From NCBI RefSeq assembly GCF_009914755.1, contig NC_060936.1: a stretch of DNA of 64,000 nt. One strand, given 5' to 3'. The position numbers and the translations under genes were made by a program. Shown here piece by piece: positions 14,885 through 33,479 of this stretch. This stretch comes from the human T2T-CHM13v2.0 reference genome, Homo sapiens. The first letter of the stretch is position 1; the number at the start of each line of letters is the position of its first letter. The notes below the pieces were generated by a model. The model saw nothing but the letters and a program-made list of their open reading frames with translations, was not told the DNA's origin and did no database searches.

Positions 14885-15915
14885 ATGAGGAAAAACCAAT
14901 GCAAAAATGCTGAAAATCCCGGAAGCCGGAATGCCTCTTTTCCTCCAAATGATCACAATATCTCTCCAGCAACAGCACAGAACAGGGCTGAAGCTGAGAT
15001 GGATGAACTGACAGAAGTAGGCTTTAGAGAGTGGGTTATAACTGATTTCACTGAGCCAAAGGATTATGTTCTAACCCAATTCAAAGAAGCTAAGACCCAT
15101 GATAAAACATTACAGGAGCTGTTAACTAGAATAAACAGTCTGTAGAGGAACATAAATGACCTGATGGGTCTGAAAAACACAGCAAGAGAACTTTGTGATG
15201 CAGACACAAGTATCAATAGCTGAACTGACCAAGCAGAAGAGAGAATATCAGAGCTTGAAGACTGTCTTGCTGAAATAAGGCAGGCAGACAAGATTAGAGA
15301 ATAAAGAATGTGAAAAGGAATGAACAAAACCTCCAAGAATTATGGGACTATGTAAAAAGATGGAACTTACAACTGATTGAAGTACCTGAAAGAGATGGGG
15401 AAAATGGAACTAAGTGGAAAAACACACTTCAGGATATCATCCAGGAGAACTTCACCAGCCTAGTAAGACAGACCAGTATTCAAATTCAGGAAATCCAGAG
15501 AACCTCAATAAGATACTCCATGAAAAGATCTACTCCAAGACACGTAATCACCAGATTCTCCAGAGTTGAAATGAAGAAAAAAATGCTAAGGGCAGCAAGA
15601 GAAAAAAGCCAGGTCACCAACAAAGGGAAGCCCATCAGACTAACAGCAGACCCCTAAGCAGAAACCCTGCAAGCCAGAAGAGACTGGGGGCCAATATTCA
15701 ACATTCTTAAAGAAAAGAAATTCCAACCCAGAATTTCATATCCAGCCAAACTGAGCTTCAAAAGCAAAGGAGAAATAAAATCTTTTTCAGACAAACAAAT
15801 GCTGAGGGATTTTGTCATCACCAGGCCTGTCTTGCATATTTAGTGCTTCCTTCAGGAAGCACTAAATACGGATAGGAAAAACCATTACCAGCTACTACAA
15901 AAACACACTGAAGTA
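14885..15915 (+). pseudogene. L1 ORF1p, disrupted by stops and frameshifts (end approximate)
   Basis: ORFs 14885..15145 (MRKNQCKNAEN...) and 15310..15657 (KRNEQNLQELWDYVKR...GKPIRLTAD). Confidence 0.9.
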
Positions 15916-15979
15916 CACAGACCAATGACACTATGAAACAACTACATTAGTAAGTCTGCAAAATTAACCAGCCACCATC

Positions 15980-19804
<3,825 letters not shown>

Positions 19805-21482
19805 AACAATGAGAACACATGGACACAGGGAGGGGAACAACAGACACTGGGGCCTGTTGGGGAAGAGTGGGAGTGGGAGAGCATTAGAGAAAAGAGCTGA
19901 TGCACGCTGGGCTTAATACCTAGCTGATGGGTTGATAGGTGCAGCAAACCACCATGGCATACATTTACCTATGAAACAAACCTACTCATCCTGCACATGT
20001 ACCCCAGAACTTAAAAAAAGAAAAAGCTATAAAAAAGGCAAGATATTCAAAGAAAAAGGAGCTAGGCAACCAACTATATTAAAATGAGAATTCTATAGTA
20101 ATCACAGTTGAACTTTTGCAGTGACTATACAATATGCTGCATTATTTATATATAGGAATGAAGGCTTGAGAAAATGAGACATCAATAGAAAACTATTTTC
20201 TTCCATAGTAATGGGATTTGACTTGATTAAAAATTATTCCAAATACATTTTCTAATTTCCTCTCTTTTCAACTATGTACCCTGAACCAGTCTATTTAGAA
20301 ATTATTTATTTGGTATTAATAAAGAGAGGCATGCTCCCAAGTTCAGGTCAAAATCTTTACTGACTAGAAACTGAAAAGGTCACCCAGGGCTGGGAAGGAT
20401 TTTTCAGTTTTGGGTACTTCAAACACTTTTTGAAGTTGTCTTTCTGAATAATTTCTTAGTAATGTAATTTTTATAGCATCCATAGTATAAAGCCCTAATT
20501 TAGGAAAGGCTTGCTTGGTCTTTTCAAATATTCCTGTTCCCCAAAGGATGATAATGTATAATGTACAAGGAAGGAAGTGGTGGGGGAAGCAGTGCTAGCA
20601 CACCATGACGTTGATCAGAATATTCTGAAAAGAGCCACTTGATGGCAGCAAAAGGCATGTTTTCAGCACTGATTGTCTCATTAATGAATCACAGGAAAAG
20701 AAGGGTATCTTCCCCCTTCTGAATTTCTGAAACTTGGTGTTGAAATATTCTCCTGCTGTGTTGTTAATGGGCTTTTTGAGGAAATACATAGTGAACTCTT
20801 TAATAAGCACTTGTTATTTTGTGATGTGCTTGGCCCCTTTTACTTTATGTTCCAAAACAGGTTTAAATAACAGTATGCATAGATACTTATATGCTTGCAT
20901 ATGCATCTATATGTTTATAGACTTATTTTCATATTATAATGATAAATACTGTGTCTAGCACTGAGGGAATTAGACATTTGACTCACTGGTAAAAATCCTT
21001 CTGTGAACTGGAATGTTTCCAAAGAGCGCATACTATTTGGGGCAGAATATGAAGAAGCTGATTTTTTTAGTGTTAATCAAAAGGAAAAGTTCCATTTTTC
21101 TTGATACAAAGCCTTTTCCAGAGAATCAATTACCAATATTAATACATCACTATGTGTTAAGTATTTCAGAGAGAGAAATTGAGAAATAAGACAAAGTGAT
21201 ACAGGCAATTTTGAAAATAAATGTTACTATTTATTTGAAAATAAATGTTACGTATTCAGGACCTGAACAACGTGAAGGTGAAAGTTAGGTGGTGACTGTA
21301 ATGAGAATGGAATAGACTCTGTCTCTCTGTTCTGTTTCCTTTTTGATAAGCTTTAGTAAGAAGTCACGTGGAGAACTCATCTGGCTGGGTGTGGTGAGTA
21401 CCCTCAGTAAGTGTGATCTGACCAGGACGACTGCACCAAAGGAGGTGGCAGGAGAGAATATCTGAAATGGAGACTTTCCTAA

Positions 21483-21818
<336 letters not shown>

Positions 21819-23689
21819 AAAATGCATGGTTTCTATGTGCTGAGGGGGCAGCAAAAGCAAGCAAGGATAAATAGGAAAAATAAATGAGGGAGAGACTGGC
21901 ATAGACTTCGAAGGCTGAAAGAAATTGTTCAAGATCCAATTAAAGTCCATGCACCAAGCTGACTTAGGCCTTAGCCTCTGGAGCTCTTACATTTATCCCG
22001 ATTTTTGAAAGAATCACTAATACAGTGGTTCATAAGTATGAAAAGACTCTCTGGTTTGTAGCTTCAGTTTCTGTCGTCACAGTTGTAGGCTTCAGCACAT
22101 AATTTTTCTCAAGGCTGAATTATCATTTAGTGGAAAAAAATCAGGGTGAACTTTTACTTTAAGCAGTAGTTTATTTTTAATTAAATTTTTGTTAAGTTCA
22201 CCATTTTCAACACCTTCAGTAATGCTTTCTGATCCCTTACACAAACTTTTTTCCTTTTCTAGTCAATATTGATTGAGTAGTAGAAGCCCAGGTGCACATT
22301 TTTACTGATAAGAACAGTGATTTTCACTTCTTATTGCTCTTCAAGTAATAAGGTGGTCAGCCTGCTTCCATTGTTTACACCAGTAGCTTCCTTCCAAGGA
22401 AGGAGTGTTTGTGTGTTTGCTTCTTTGTTTTATTTATTTTGGGAGGTGATATTTGTTTGTTTTGGGAGGTGGTATTTGTTTAATTTATTTTTGGAGGTGG
22501 TAAGAAAAAATTTAAATTTAATAAAATATAAGTGACCTAAACTGATGAAACTATTGAAGTACAAAGCTACCAACTGTAGCAAATTAAAAAAAGAGATACA
22601 ATATGATTTCCAAAGGTATGTAGCTAAACACAGCATTTAGGGGTGGGTAAAGAATGGACGACTGGGAAAGGGTTCAGGAGCTAGTGTGGGAAGAGAGCCG
22701 AGTTGTATGTTTTAATGAAGCCCAGAACTCCTTGATTCAATAGCTGAAAAGCTTGATTGGCTGCTCATACAAGGCTGGATGCAAATTCTGCTGGAGTGGT
22801 GCTTTAGATAATTTGTTGGGTTCACTCTTAATTAGGCTAAACATTGACTTGCTTGTACGATTAATTCACAATAATAGCACAATTAATTACTAAGGCTGGG
22901 AGTAAGGGGCAGAGCCAGTTGCCGAGAAAGGGCTGGTGGCAAGAAAGGCTGGAAATGAATGGCTGATTCTGGTCAAGGGGGTTGACCCAGGGAGGCCCTG
23001 GAGAGGGGGGTTGAGTAAGGGGAGAGGGAGAAGGAGAGGGAAGGGGGTAAGAGGGAGGAAGAAGAAAGAGAATGAGACTAGACTTATTTAGCTAGAGGAA
23101 ACAGCAGTAGGGCACAGTTTGCTGCTGTTAATACTATTGGTTTTGCATTACTTGGTTTTAATAGTACAAAGGTAAAATAGCACAGCATATCCAAATTATC
23201 ACGAGTTTAGTTAGTGTTGTTTGAATTGGTGAAGTTTTAAAACATTAGTGAAAAACATAGTCAATGTTGGATCCTTGTTACTCTGTGGGAGTGCTTTATT
23301 ACCTATTCAGAATGAACACTGATTTGACACACTTAAGAGGTGTTCTGTGATCGTTATTCATGGTTGTTTACTCCAGCTCTCTTATTAAATATTTTATCAG
23401 CTTGTTAGAGGGGGAAAATTCTGATTTGGCAAATAAAATACTTGAATGTTAGCCCCATCTTAACTACATAGAGCAAAAATAATGCGGAAACGTTAGACAG
23501 TTTTCTCATTTTCTAGAAATGAGTTGTTATATCATTTATAATTAATGATATTAATAGTGATATTAATATTACTATTCCTGACATCATCATCATCATTAAT
23601 CTGGGGGAAATGCATGCTTCCAAGGTGAAGAGGCAAACTAAATTTTTAAGGTTGCAAAAAATCTTGGTTGTCTTTGGCTTTATTTTATG

Positions 23690-23920
23690 TGGGAGGCAGT
23701 GTGATGTAATAGAAACAGCATGGACTTTTGTCCCAGCATTCTTTAGCCATGTGACTCTGAGTAAACTATACTTTCTGAGCCTCAGTTTCCTCAAGTGTAA
23801 AATGAGGATGTTAGTACCCATTTCAGGGTTGTTGTGACAATCAAGGAAGATAATAAATGCAAAACAATTGGTATGATGCCCACCATATAATGAACTCTTG
23901 ATAAATATTAGTAGCTATTA
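23690..23920 (+). mobile_element. MIR
   Basis: ctttctgagcctcagtttcctcaagtgtaaaatgaggat...tcagggttgttgtga. Confidence 0.88.
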
Positions 23921-25348
23921 TAAAAACAGAAAATATATATTTTAGTTGAAGTACTTTAGCTCTCAATAAATATTAATTGCTGTAATTAAAAACAAATAAT
24001 TTGGCCAATATAATGAAATGACCTAATTTATGGCAATAATATTATTACGTTATCATGCAATTGTAATAGTTATTATTAATTTCATACAAAATGCCCAAAT
24101 GAATACCTGGCTCCAGTAGGTCTTTAATAAATAGGAATGTCTTATGCCATAGTACTTAATGTGTAATCTTAAAGATACTTATAGAGTGAAATTAGCCCAT
24201 GGAATATATGGCACCTGGCTTGAATGGTATTGGAATGCATCTTTATGAATGTAAAGCAGTTCCTTATTTGATTTTCCATAAATGAAAAGTAAATATTAAA
24301 ATCTATAATATTTCATTAGGGTTCACAAGTTATATTAACTAAATGATTATTTGATAATTCTTTTTAAAAAGAGGAAAAATTTGATACAATTATGGATGAT
24401 AGCATGGGAATTAATAACTCAGTGGCCTGTGTGTATGCACATGTTGTGTGTGTATTCGTTATCTAGAGCCCATACGATAATGAATATCTTTAGATCTATC
24501 TGAGTTCCTTCTTCCCAGTGGTGAGTATGTAGGAAATAATTACTTTCTAGTCATGGAAAATTGATGTATATTGATAGCCTGAGGTTTCAAGGCTTACCGA
24601 AAGTTATATAGTCTGATTTAATAAATTAATAAGAGATCGCCCAGCACCATCTGAGAAAGTGATATTTCTGTGGCAGGTTATCCTATTTGTTATTAACTCC
24701 ATAGTTATTCTTGAGGAATTGATGAAAACAGTTAACAGAGTCCTATTAAGAAAATATTTTAATATTTAAATATTTCCCTCCTAAGGTAGCATCAGTGACA
24801 GTACAACTGTTATACATTATCCTTGCTCCTGAGTTAGGAATGTCTACAAACTCTTCTACCGTTCTGGTACCAGGTCAGGAAGGTAATACTTTTTTTCATA
24901 GTGGACTTAAGTAAGCTGCCTGTGCTTTCTTAAGAAGAGCATCACATTGGAATTGGTTAACTTTTCTCTATTTCATTTGCCTTTAGGCTACCACCAGGGT
25001 ACCCTGACACTCTACTTTTTCTTTTTTTCTGGAGAAGCAAATATGCATAACATAATTAAGTTAGTGTCAGAAGATGTGGGATTATGGGACTTGAAAGAGC
25101 AAAATATTTACAATAGTAAAGTTCTTTAGAATTGGGACACTCAAAGACTGATACTGATTTAAGTAACATACTAAATTAATATCCTTATTTAATTTTAAGA
25201 ACCACCACTTTATGTCATTTACAATAGAAGATCAATAAAATAAAAACAAAATATGAAGAAAGGGAAGTATTGGATTTTGATATATATTTTGTAGCCTACA
25301 TAGTTTAATTCTCTCTCCCTAAAATACATATTTTAAAAGATTAGGAGG

Positions 25349-25657
<309 letters not shown>

Positions 25658-26687
25658 TTAGGAGGATAGTTCCTAGGCATATTGAAAAGCATACATTATT
25701 CAGCATCCTATATAGTAATAGGAAATTATATATATATCACATATAAGATGCTTATATTCTTTTAGCAAAAAACAATTGGTTTTTATTGCTTCAGTATTGC
25801 CTCAGATTTCAATGTTGCGTCAATATTTGATTGCTTAAATATGGTTAATACAGCTACATATGCATATTCTGTTATTTTAAATATATTATAAATTATATTT
25901 TAAATATATTACTTAATGTATTCTAGTATACACTATATATATATCTCTATGTGTATGTGTAATATCCATTATTAGGTAATAAAATCTAGTTATTAAAGCA
26001 TTTTACTTTTATTAGAGAATTTGATGTACAAACTTACAGCTGAGTATCCAAAATAAATCACTGATGATAAAAAGTTATGAGTAACAAAGAGATACATTTT
26101 GAACCCTACAGAGGCATCTTAAGTGTGTGGAGATATAGTTCATAAAACTGAGACATCAACAACATTTCATAGAATAGATCTTAAAGGAGCAACAGATGTG
26201 TTATTTCTGTTGGGATGCTGTCAAGTTAATACAGGGCTCAGCAGAAAAGAGATGAGCTAGGAAATTTCAGCTCTAGCTGTAGTTTAAAGACAGATTTCCC
26301 TGACATCAAACAGAGTTGGTTCAAGAAGTAGGTCATTGACACATTTTGTCATAGCCATACAATGAGTGATGATGGCTTACAAAGGCAAGGTAAGAATTTA
26401 GGACTAGAAGATGCAAGTCAAGGTTGGCATGATTGGAGATCCAAGTCATTAAGATTGTCATTTGTGGTAATAGTCTAAACTCATGGATTACTTAGGAATT
26501 AGCAATAAGATGGAGCTAAAGTCAGGAGTTTTGGAGAATTTAATGAACTCCATGGACCCACTTCCTCCAGCCTCCCAAATTTTGTGTACAATGTGAGAGA
26601 GTTTACAGACTCCCAGCCATTGAACTAAGTATCTCAGAATTAGGAGAGTAAACAGGAGACCTCAATGATAAGCACTTAAAACTAATA

Positions 26688-27072
26688 TGTATCAATCAGG
26701 ATAGGTTAGATTATGCCTCAGTAACAAGCAAATCCAACATCTCAGTGGTCTGAAACAACAAAGTTTATTTCTTGCTCTCACTACATTTTCATTGTGAGTC
26801 AGCTGGAGGGCTCTACTGCTTGTCGCTGTCTCTCTGGGATCAAGGCTGAAATAGCAGTTGTAATGTGGAAGGTTGCTAGTAGCTCTCGGGGAGGTCTCAG
26901 AGCAGTCAGTAATTGAACATTCTGCCTGGAAGTGACATAAATCACTTCTGCTCACACTCTGATAAGAACTAATTATTTGGCTCCACCCAAGCACAAGGGC
27001 ATGGTAAGTGCATGGGCCTGGGAGGGGGAGAACCAGAAGCATTTTCAGGAACAACTCTACAGACTACTACAT
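26688..27072 (-). mobile_element. Old MLT1 (K/L-like) LTR
   Basis: tatcaatcaggataggttagattatgcctcagtaacaa...ctcagtggtctgaaacaacaaagtttatttcttgctc. Confidence 0.75.
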
Positions 27073-28446
27073 GAGACCACTCCTACCTCTCAACTAGAAA
27101 GGGATTATATACTTCCTGATCTCTTTCCTAAAATTTCTCTTTCCTACTTCTTTCCTACTTCTCTTTCCTAAAATTCTTCTCCACCTTCTAACACACAATG
27201 TCCTTCTTCCTATGAAGGAAATATATAGAATATTTAAAAAATCATCCCATCTATGGCTTGACATAAAAGGTGTGGATGCATTTCACATCAAAATCTAGTT
27301 CTTTTTCCAACTATACGTCATAGTGATACCAGTTGGCCAGTCAGGATAAGTGTGCAATAATTGAACAGAGGAGAAATCTATTTCATGAGGAAGGTAAGAT
27401 GTCAGGATTAGTTAGACATTGGACTGACTGGTGGCTACTACGCTCTGGTTGGGTTCTTATCTATAATTAGTACTGTATACATTCTGATACGGTCACTACA
27501 TTCATTCTGATTGGTACTTCTTATGCCATTTTGGTTCTAAATACTTCGAATGTCATCCTTAGTTAATAGAAATAAATTAGTTAAGTTATTGAATTTCGAA
27601 GAAAAGGAACAGGTCAACAGAACTTTATGGAGATATGGATAAAACATGTATAATAAGTCAGAGGAATTATAAAATGTTATACCTTCTTATGTCTACAAAT
27701 TTAAAATAAGTCAAGAACACAGTTGGAATTTGATCATTTAAAATAGAGGCTCCAACTGTGGCTGAACTTTTGCACTCGTCCTGGTTGCCCTAGTAACAGG
27801 GCTCCCTTTCTATGCTAGTAATGTTACAGTGTGAGTGAGGTAATAATTGGCAGTAGAGACATACGCATTCAAGTCAGCTCCTACTTCTGGGTAAGTTAGG
27901 AGTTTGCTGAAGGCAAAGGATGAGGTCATAAAGGGACGAATTTGAGTTAAAAAGAAAATAAGGAAAAGAATTAAGTTGAGCCTTATCTTGAAATTTTCTG
28001 AGCAGAGCCCCACACATCACATGCATTTCTCCTGATCTTGGTTGAAGTCAGGGTAGACAGTAAGTCATGTGATTGTATATCTCTATGAGGTCTTCCATCA
28101 CAGCCCAGAGGAAGCACTAGACTGGAAAATTGTAACCTGTGCAAATTGGCTTGGATTAGAGCCACCTGTCCGTGGATTACTCTGTCTCTCTTAGAGTTAC
28201 CCAGAAAGTTCTCATCTGCCCAAAAGGTTCAAGAGGGAGTCAAAACAGGCTTGCTCATATTTTTCTGTAAATGTTGTTTACTTTCTGTTTGATATTGTCC
28301 TTAGGCATATTGTATCCTTGCCAAATGTATCTGTTCGAATTCTGCTTAATGGTCTGAGCCTTTTTTTGCTTTCATTAAATATATGTCAAATGTACACCAC
28401 TGCTTGGACTGAGATTAGGAAGAGTAAGCAATGAGCACTTCACTGT

Positions 28447-28907
28447 TTTTTCTTTTTATAATTTTGACTTTTATTTTAGATTCAGGGGGTACATGTGCAG
28501 GTTTGTTACGTGGTATTGCGTGACACTGAGGTTTCGGGTATGATTGATCTTGTCACCCAGGTAGTGAGCGTAGTAACCAATAGTTAGTTTTTTAACCCTA
28601 GCCCCACTCCATCTCTCCACCTGCTAGTAGTCCCTAATGTCTACTGTTGCCATCTTTATGTCCATGTATACTCAATGTTTAGCTCCCACTTAAAAGTGAG
28701 GACAAGTGGTATTTGGGTTTCTGTTCCTTTGTTAACTCGTTTAGGAGAATGGCCTCTAGCTGCACCCATGTTGCTGCAAAGGACGTGATCTCATTCTTTT
28801 TTATGGCTGCGTAGTATTCCATGGTATATGTGTACCACATTTTCTTTATCTAATCCACCATTGATAGGCACCTAGGTTGATTGCATGTCTTTGCTATTGT
28901 GAATAGC
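28447..28907 (-). mobile_element. 5'-truncated L1PA15/16-like 3' end
   Basis: ttagattcagggggtacatgtgcaggtttgttac...; TSD tgag(c/t)acttcact on both sides. Confidence 0.9.
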
Positions 28908-29685
28908 TGAGTACTTCACTCTTTCAATCTGTTTTCTCTTTATCTAAACCTTTTCCACTAGAAAAAGAAGGGGATAAGAGGTGCTTCCTCTGTTCCACTC
29001 TTTAAAATTCCTGAAACAAAACCCAATAAAACTATAACATAAATAAATTAAAATAATACACAACATTACCTAAAAATAGGATGGTTTTTAATTTGTTATT
29101 CAAATGAGGACACCTTTGAAAGTGAAAGAAAGTACTGTTAATAATAACACAGAAGAAAACACATAGATTATGATGTTCATGCCTAACTTAAAAATATAGT
29201 CACCATACCTAAAGCTAGTAGGAGAGAACAGAGAGATAAGGAGGGAAGGAGAATTACCTTGGGATACTCTAAGGGGAAATCTTCACCTTGATGCACACTG
29301 AGTTTTCATACTCACTTGTAACTAATTTGCAGCCAAGTTCAGTACTATTAATAATAGAGAACATGAAATTATTTTAAGATAAAAGCTCTTTTCCAGGAAT
29401 AACTTGTATCAGGCTGACTATTTAAGAATGAGTTACTAGGCAAAGAATAAAGTCATAGAAATCCATATTCATAGTGAAGCCTCAGAAATGGTCTTAGTGA
29501 TTGACAAAAGAATTGTCAAATTAAGGACTAACTCACTAATTTGATTGCATTTTCTGTGCCCATGACAATAATTTAAGAAAATTAAAATGAACTCTACTTT
29601 TCTTAAGGCAAATCTGTCATGCCCTGCCTCAGATTTCAATAGGACTAAAGAAGAGTCCCTAGAATGTGAGAAATGACTATAACTG

Positions 29686-30539
29686 TGTAGTGGGCAGCCT
29701 CTGAGATGGTCTCAGTGATCCTACTTCCTGGTATTAAGCCCAATCCTTTATTCTTTTCCCCTTAAGTATAGGTCGAACCCAGTGGATCCTGCTTCTAATG
29801 AATAGAATTTGATAAAAGCAATGCCATGTTACTTCTTCTTCTTTTTTTTTTTTTTGAGTGAGGCGTCATTCTGTCACCCAGTTTGGAATGCGATGGCGCA
29901 GTCACAGCTCACTACAGCCTTGACCTCCTGCTCAAATGATCTTCTCACCTCAGCCTCCTGGGTAACTGGGATTACAGGCATGTGCCACCATGCCCAGCTA
30001 ATTTTTTGTATTTTGTGTAGAAATGGGTTTCACATGTTTCCCAGGCTGGTCTTGAACTCCTGGACTCGAGCGATCCTCCCACTTGGATTCCTAAAGTGCT
30101 GGGATTACAGGCATGAGCCACTGCACCCAGCCACATGTTACTTCTGAGGTTAGGGTGGCTTCTGTCTTGCATGCTCTTTCTTGCCCTCTCTCTGGGAGCC
30201 CTTACTCTGGGGGAAGCAAGCTGCCACATTGTCTGTATGTCGTCCTATGGAGAGGCTTATGTGGCAAGCAACTATCTCCAGATAATAGCCAGGAAGGACC
30301 TGAGGCCTGCCAACAACCTCATGAGGGAGTGGAAGCAGTTCCTTCCCAGATCAAGCCATGAGATGATTATAGCCTCAGCCGATGTGGTGATTATAGCCTT
30401 TTGAGAGATCCTCAGCCAGAGGATCCAGCTAAATTGTGCTCTGATTCCTGACCCACAGAAACTGAGATAATGAATGCTTTCTGTTTTAAACTGATACATT
30501 TGGTGATAATTTATTCCCTAGCAGTGGATAACTAATGCA
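29686..30539 (+). mobile_element. MLT1F-like LTR interrupted by an AluJ
   Basis: tgtagtgggcagcctctgagatgg... to ...cagaaactgagataat...gataactaatgca. Confidence 0.82.
29837..30132 (-). mobile_element. AluJ nested in MLT1F
   Basis: TSD catgttacttct on both sides. Confidence 0.93.
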
Positions 30540-31956
30540 CTGCATATAAAATAAAATAGTGTGTTCTGAATGATGAAAATACACAGAAACATGCGTGTGC
30601 GTGTGGACACGCACACATACACAGAATGGCTACAAAATCCTTATGTGTGAAGGATAAGAGTTTTTCCTATGCTCTCCTGCATTCTCTGCGCTGATTTTAT
30701 TTTTTGCCATGTGTTTTTCTGGATATTTTCTTCTATGTTTATGGTAGGGGGACTTTAAAATGGTTCCACAGAATATTAGCAAATAATAAACAGAAGACTT
30801 AGGCTCAGGCATAGAGACCACATATGATATTTATTATACAGCATATATTTGGGAGAAGCACTATTGATCTTTCTTATTGAATGCAAATTTTTCCTGTGAG
30901 TTTTCATAAAGAGGATTCTCTAAAATGTAGAGAACACCTTCAGTGACACAGTGACATTTCTAACAACATCCTTACCGTAAACAGAACAATGAATTTTAGC
31001 CGGCTTTCTTTTCAAGTCTGTCAGTATGGTCTTTATTTGCAGTTTTAAGGACTAGCCTAATTGTAGCACATGGCACCCAAGTGGAACTTACTAGCCTCCA
31101 AGGAGAATATCTTGCATATTTGACTTTTTCAACAATATCAAGTGTCATGACAAAGGAGTTCATCAAATTTCTTCTGCAGATGGATGGTTGTCTTTTGGGA
31201 ATGGTTTAAGTTCTACTTGTGACAAAGGAAAAAATAATTGGCAGGTAACACCATTTTTCCGGCTATATAGTTCTGTGATTTGTTGTCTATAACTTAACTT
31301 TTAAGTTATTTGTTCCAAAAAGGTAAATATTCAGCTTGAAAAGCTGCTGAAGGAAGATTAAGTCCAGGCTACATCTCATCCTATTCTGCTATAGGGGTAG
31401 CTAAAACCCTTTGCAGAATTAAAAAAAAAAAATCTCTTTAGCACAATACAAATTATTAGAGTCATCAGATTATAGATGCCATATACCACATTAATCTAGG
31501 AATAGTGGTGTAATGCTGTTTCAGTTATTTATGAGAAAGTACCCGTATTTAAAACTGTTTCCAGAATTGGCAGTTTTTACTGCAGCCTGCACATGGGGAA
31601 ATAATTCTTATTAAAATCACTTAACACTTCCTTATGAGCTTTGTGTGACACGCGGATTTATGTGCATGTCCTTTTAGTAGGAAATGAGTTTGAATTTTAC
31701 TTTGGGAAGTAAGATTTATATTGTAAGCGGAAATATAAAAAGATATAATAAAACTGTTTTGGCTGGTAATGTCACAGTATCACTAATCAAAGAAAGCACA
31801 ACAGAGCCATAGAAATATCTTTTTACTTTACAGAATGAAGTAGAAAATGCACTTTAATTGCTGTCAAGAAAAGATAGAAGCAAAATATTGTTTGTGATAG
31901 ATATCTGTTAGTGTACAGTACAGATTTATCAACCCTTTAAAACTTAATTTAAAATT

Positions 31957-32263
31957 GGCCGGGCGCGGTGGCTCATGCCTGTAATCCCAGCACTTCGGGA
32001 GACTGAGGTGGGTGGATCACGAGGTCAGGAGTTCAAGACCAGCCTGGCCAAGATGGTGAAACCCCGTCTCTACTAAAAAAAAAAAAAAAAAAAAAAAATT
32101 AGCCAGGCATGGGGGCGGGTGCCTGTAATCCCAGCTACTCAGAAAGCTAAGGCAGAGAATTGCTTGAACCTGGGAGGCGGAGGTTGCAGTGAGCCAAGAT
32201 CGCACCACTGCACTCCAGCCTGGGCAACAGAGTGAGACTCTGTATCAAAAAAAAAAAAATAAT
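31957..32263 (+). mobile_element. AluS with expanded middle A tract (A24 at 32075-32098)
   Basis: TSD taatttaaaatt; the linker A5TACA6 is replaced by a pure A run. Confidence 0.95.
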
Positions 32264-32643
32264 AATTTAAAATTATATTTTCATCCTCGTATGAAAACCC
32301 TTGGAGGCTTCTGGCATTCAACTTGTACTTCTTCCATTCTGTCATCTGGCAACTTGCTGAATATTCCTTCTCTCTCACTAAAAGGTTTCTGTGCCTGTCT
32401 CACAGTCTTGGTCTTTGCTTCAAGTCTTGCCATCATCTTGGGTGTTTCTAAAATCCATACGGTCACCTAGGGACTCTGTCAAATCATCCAGTGGATGCTT
32501 CCCAGTCATTATTCTCCTTAACCTCTTTCTCTCTCCATCCCTTGACACTTATCACCATTCCTGCCTCCTGGAAATACTGTATTTCCTTGGTTCCTAACAC
32601 CATTCACTCTCCTCCTCTCTTTAATCTCTCCTCTAGGTATAGC

Positions 32644-33475
32644 AGTATCTCCTTATCCCCAGTTTTTCTTTGCAGTTTCAGTTACTTGTGGCCAACCATG
32701 ATCTGAGAATATTAAATGGAAAGTTCCATAAATGAAGAATTCATAAGTTATAAGTTGTGAGTCATTCTTAGTAGCTTGATGAACTCTTGTGCCATCCTGC
32801 CTGGGATGTGAATCATCCCTTTGTTCAGCATATCCACATTGGATATGCAGGAGGCAGGTCTCGGTTATCACCGTCTTGGTTATCAGATTGACTGTCAATG
32901 TACAACAGTGCTTGTGTTCAAGGAACCCTTATTTTACTTCATAATGACCTCAGTGTGCAAGAGTAATGATGGTGGCCTGTTGTTATAATTGCTCTCCTTT
33001 ATTTATTTATTTTTATTATTAATTTTTTTTTTGAGATGGAGTCTTGCTCTGTTGCCCAGGCTGGAGTGCAGTGGCTCCATCTCGGCTCACTGCAAGCTCC
33101 GCCTCCTGGGTTCATGCCATTCTCCTGCCTCAGCCTCCTGAGTAGCTGGGACTACAGGCATCTGCCACCACACCTGGCTAATATTTTATATTTTTAGTAG
33201 AGACAGGGTTTCGCCATGTTAACCAGGATGGTCTCAATCTCCTGACCTTGTGATCCGCCTGGCTCGGCCTCTCAAAGTGCTGGGATTACAGACATGAGCC
33301 ACTGCACCTGGCCTGCTCTACTTTATTATAAAGTATTGTTGTTAAGTTCTTCCTCTGCCTAATTTAGAAACTAAACTTTATCATAGGTATGTATATATAG
33401 GAAAAAACAGTATATATAGGGTTCAGTATTATCTGTGGTTTCGGGCGTCCATTGGTGGACAAGAGGGGACTACTG
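32644..33475 (+). mobile_element. MER44/Tigger7-type DNA transposon interrupted by an Alu
   Basis: Termini cagtatctccttatcc... and ...ggacaagagggggactactg(ta); internal ttcagttacttgtggccaaccatgatctgagaatattaaatggaaa. Confidence 0.82.
32998..33313 (-). mobile_element. AluY-like, nested in MER44
   Basis: TSD tgctct(c/a)ctttatt. Confidence 0.95.
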
Positions 33476-33479
33476 TACT

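Noticed and set aside
14544-14978. Antisense ORFs in the L1 5'UTR (possible ORF0)
   Set aside because: Position and sequence do not fit ORF0; the poly-Cys/Leu runs come from a (CAA)n tract.
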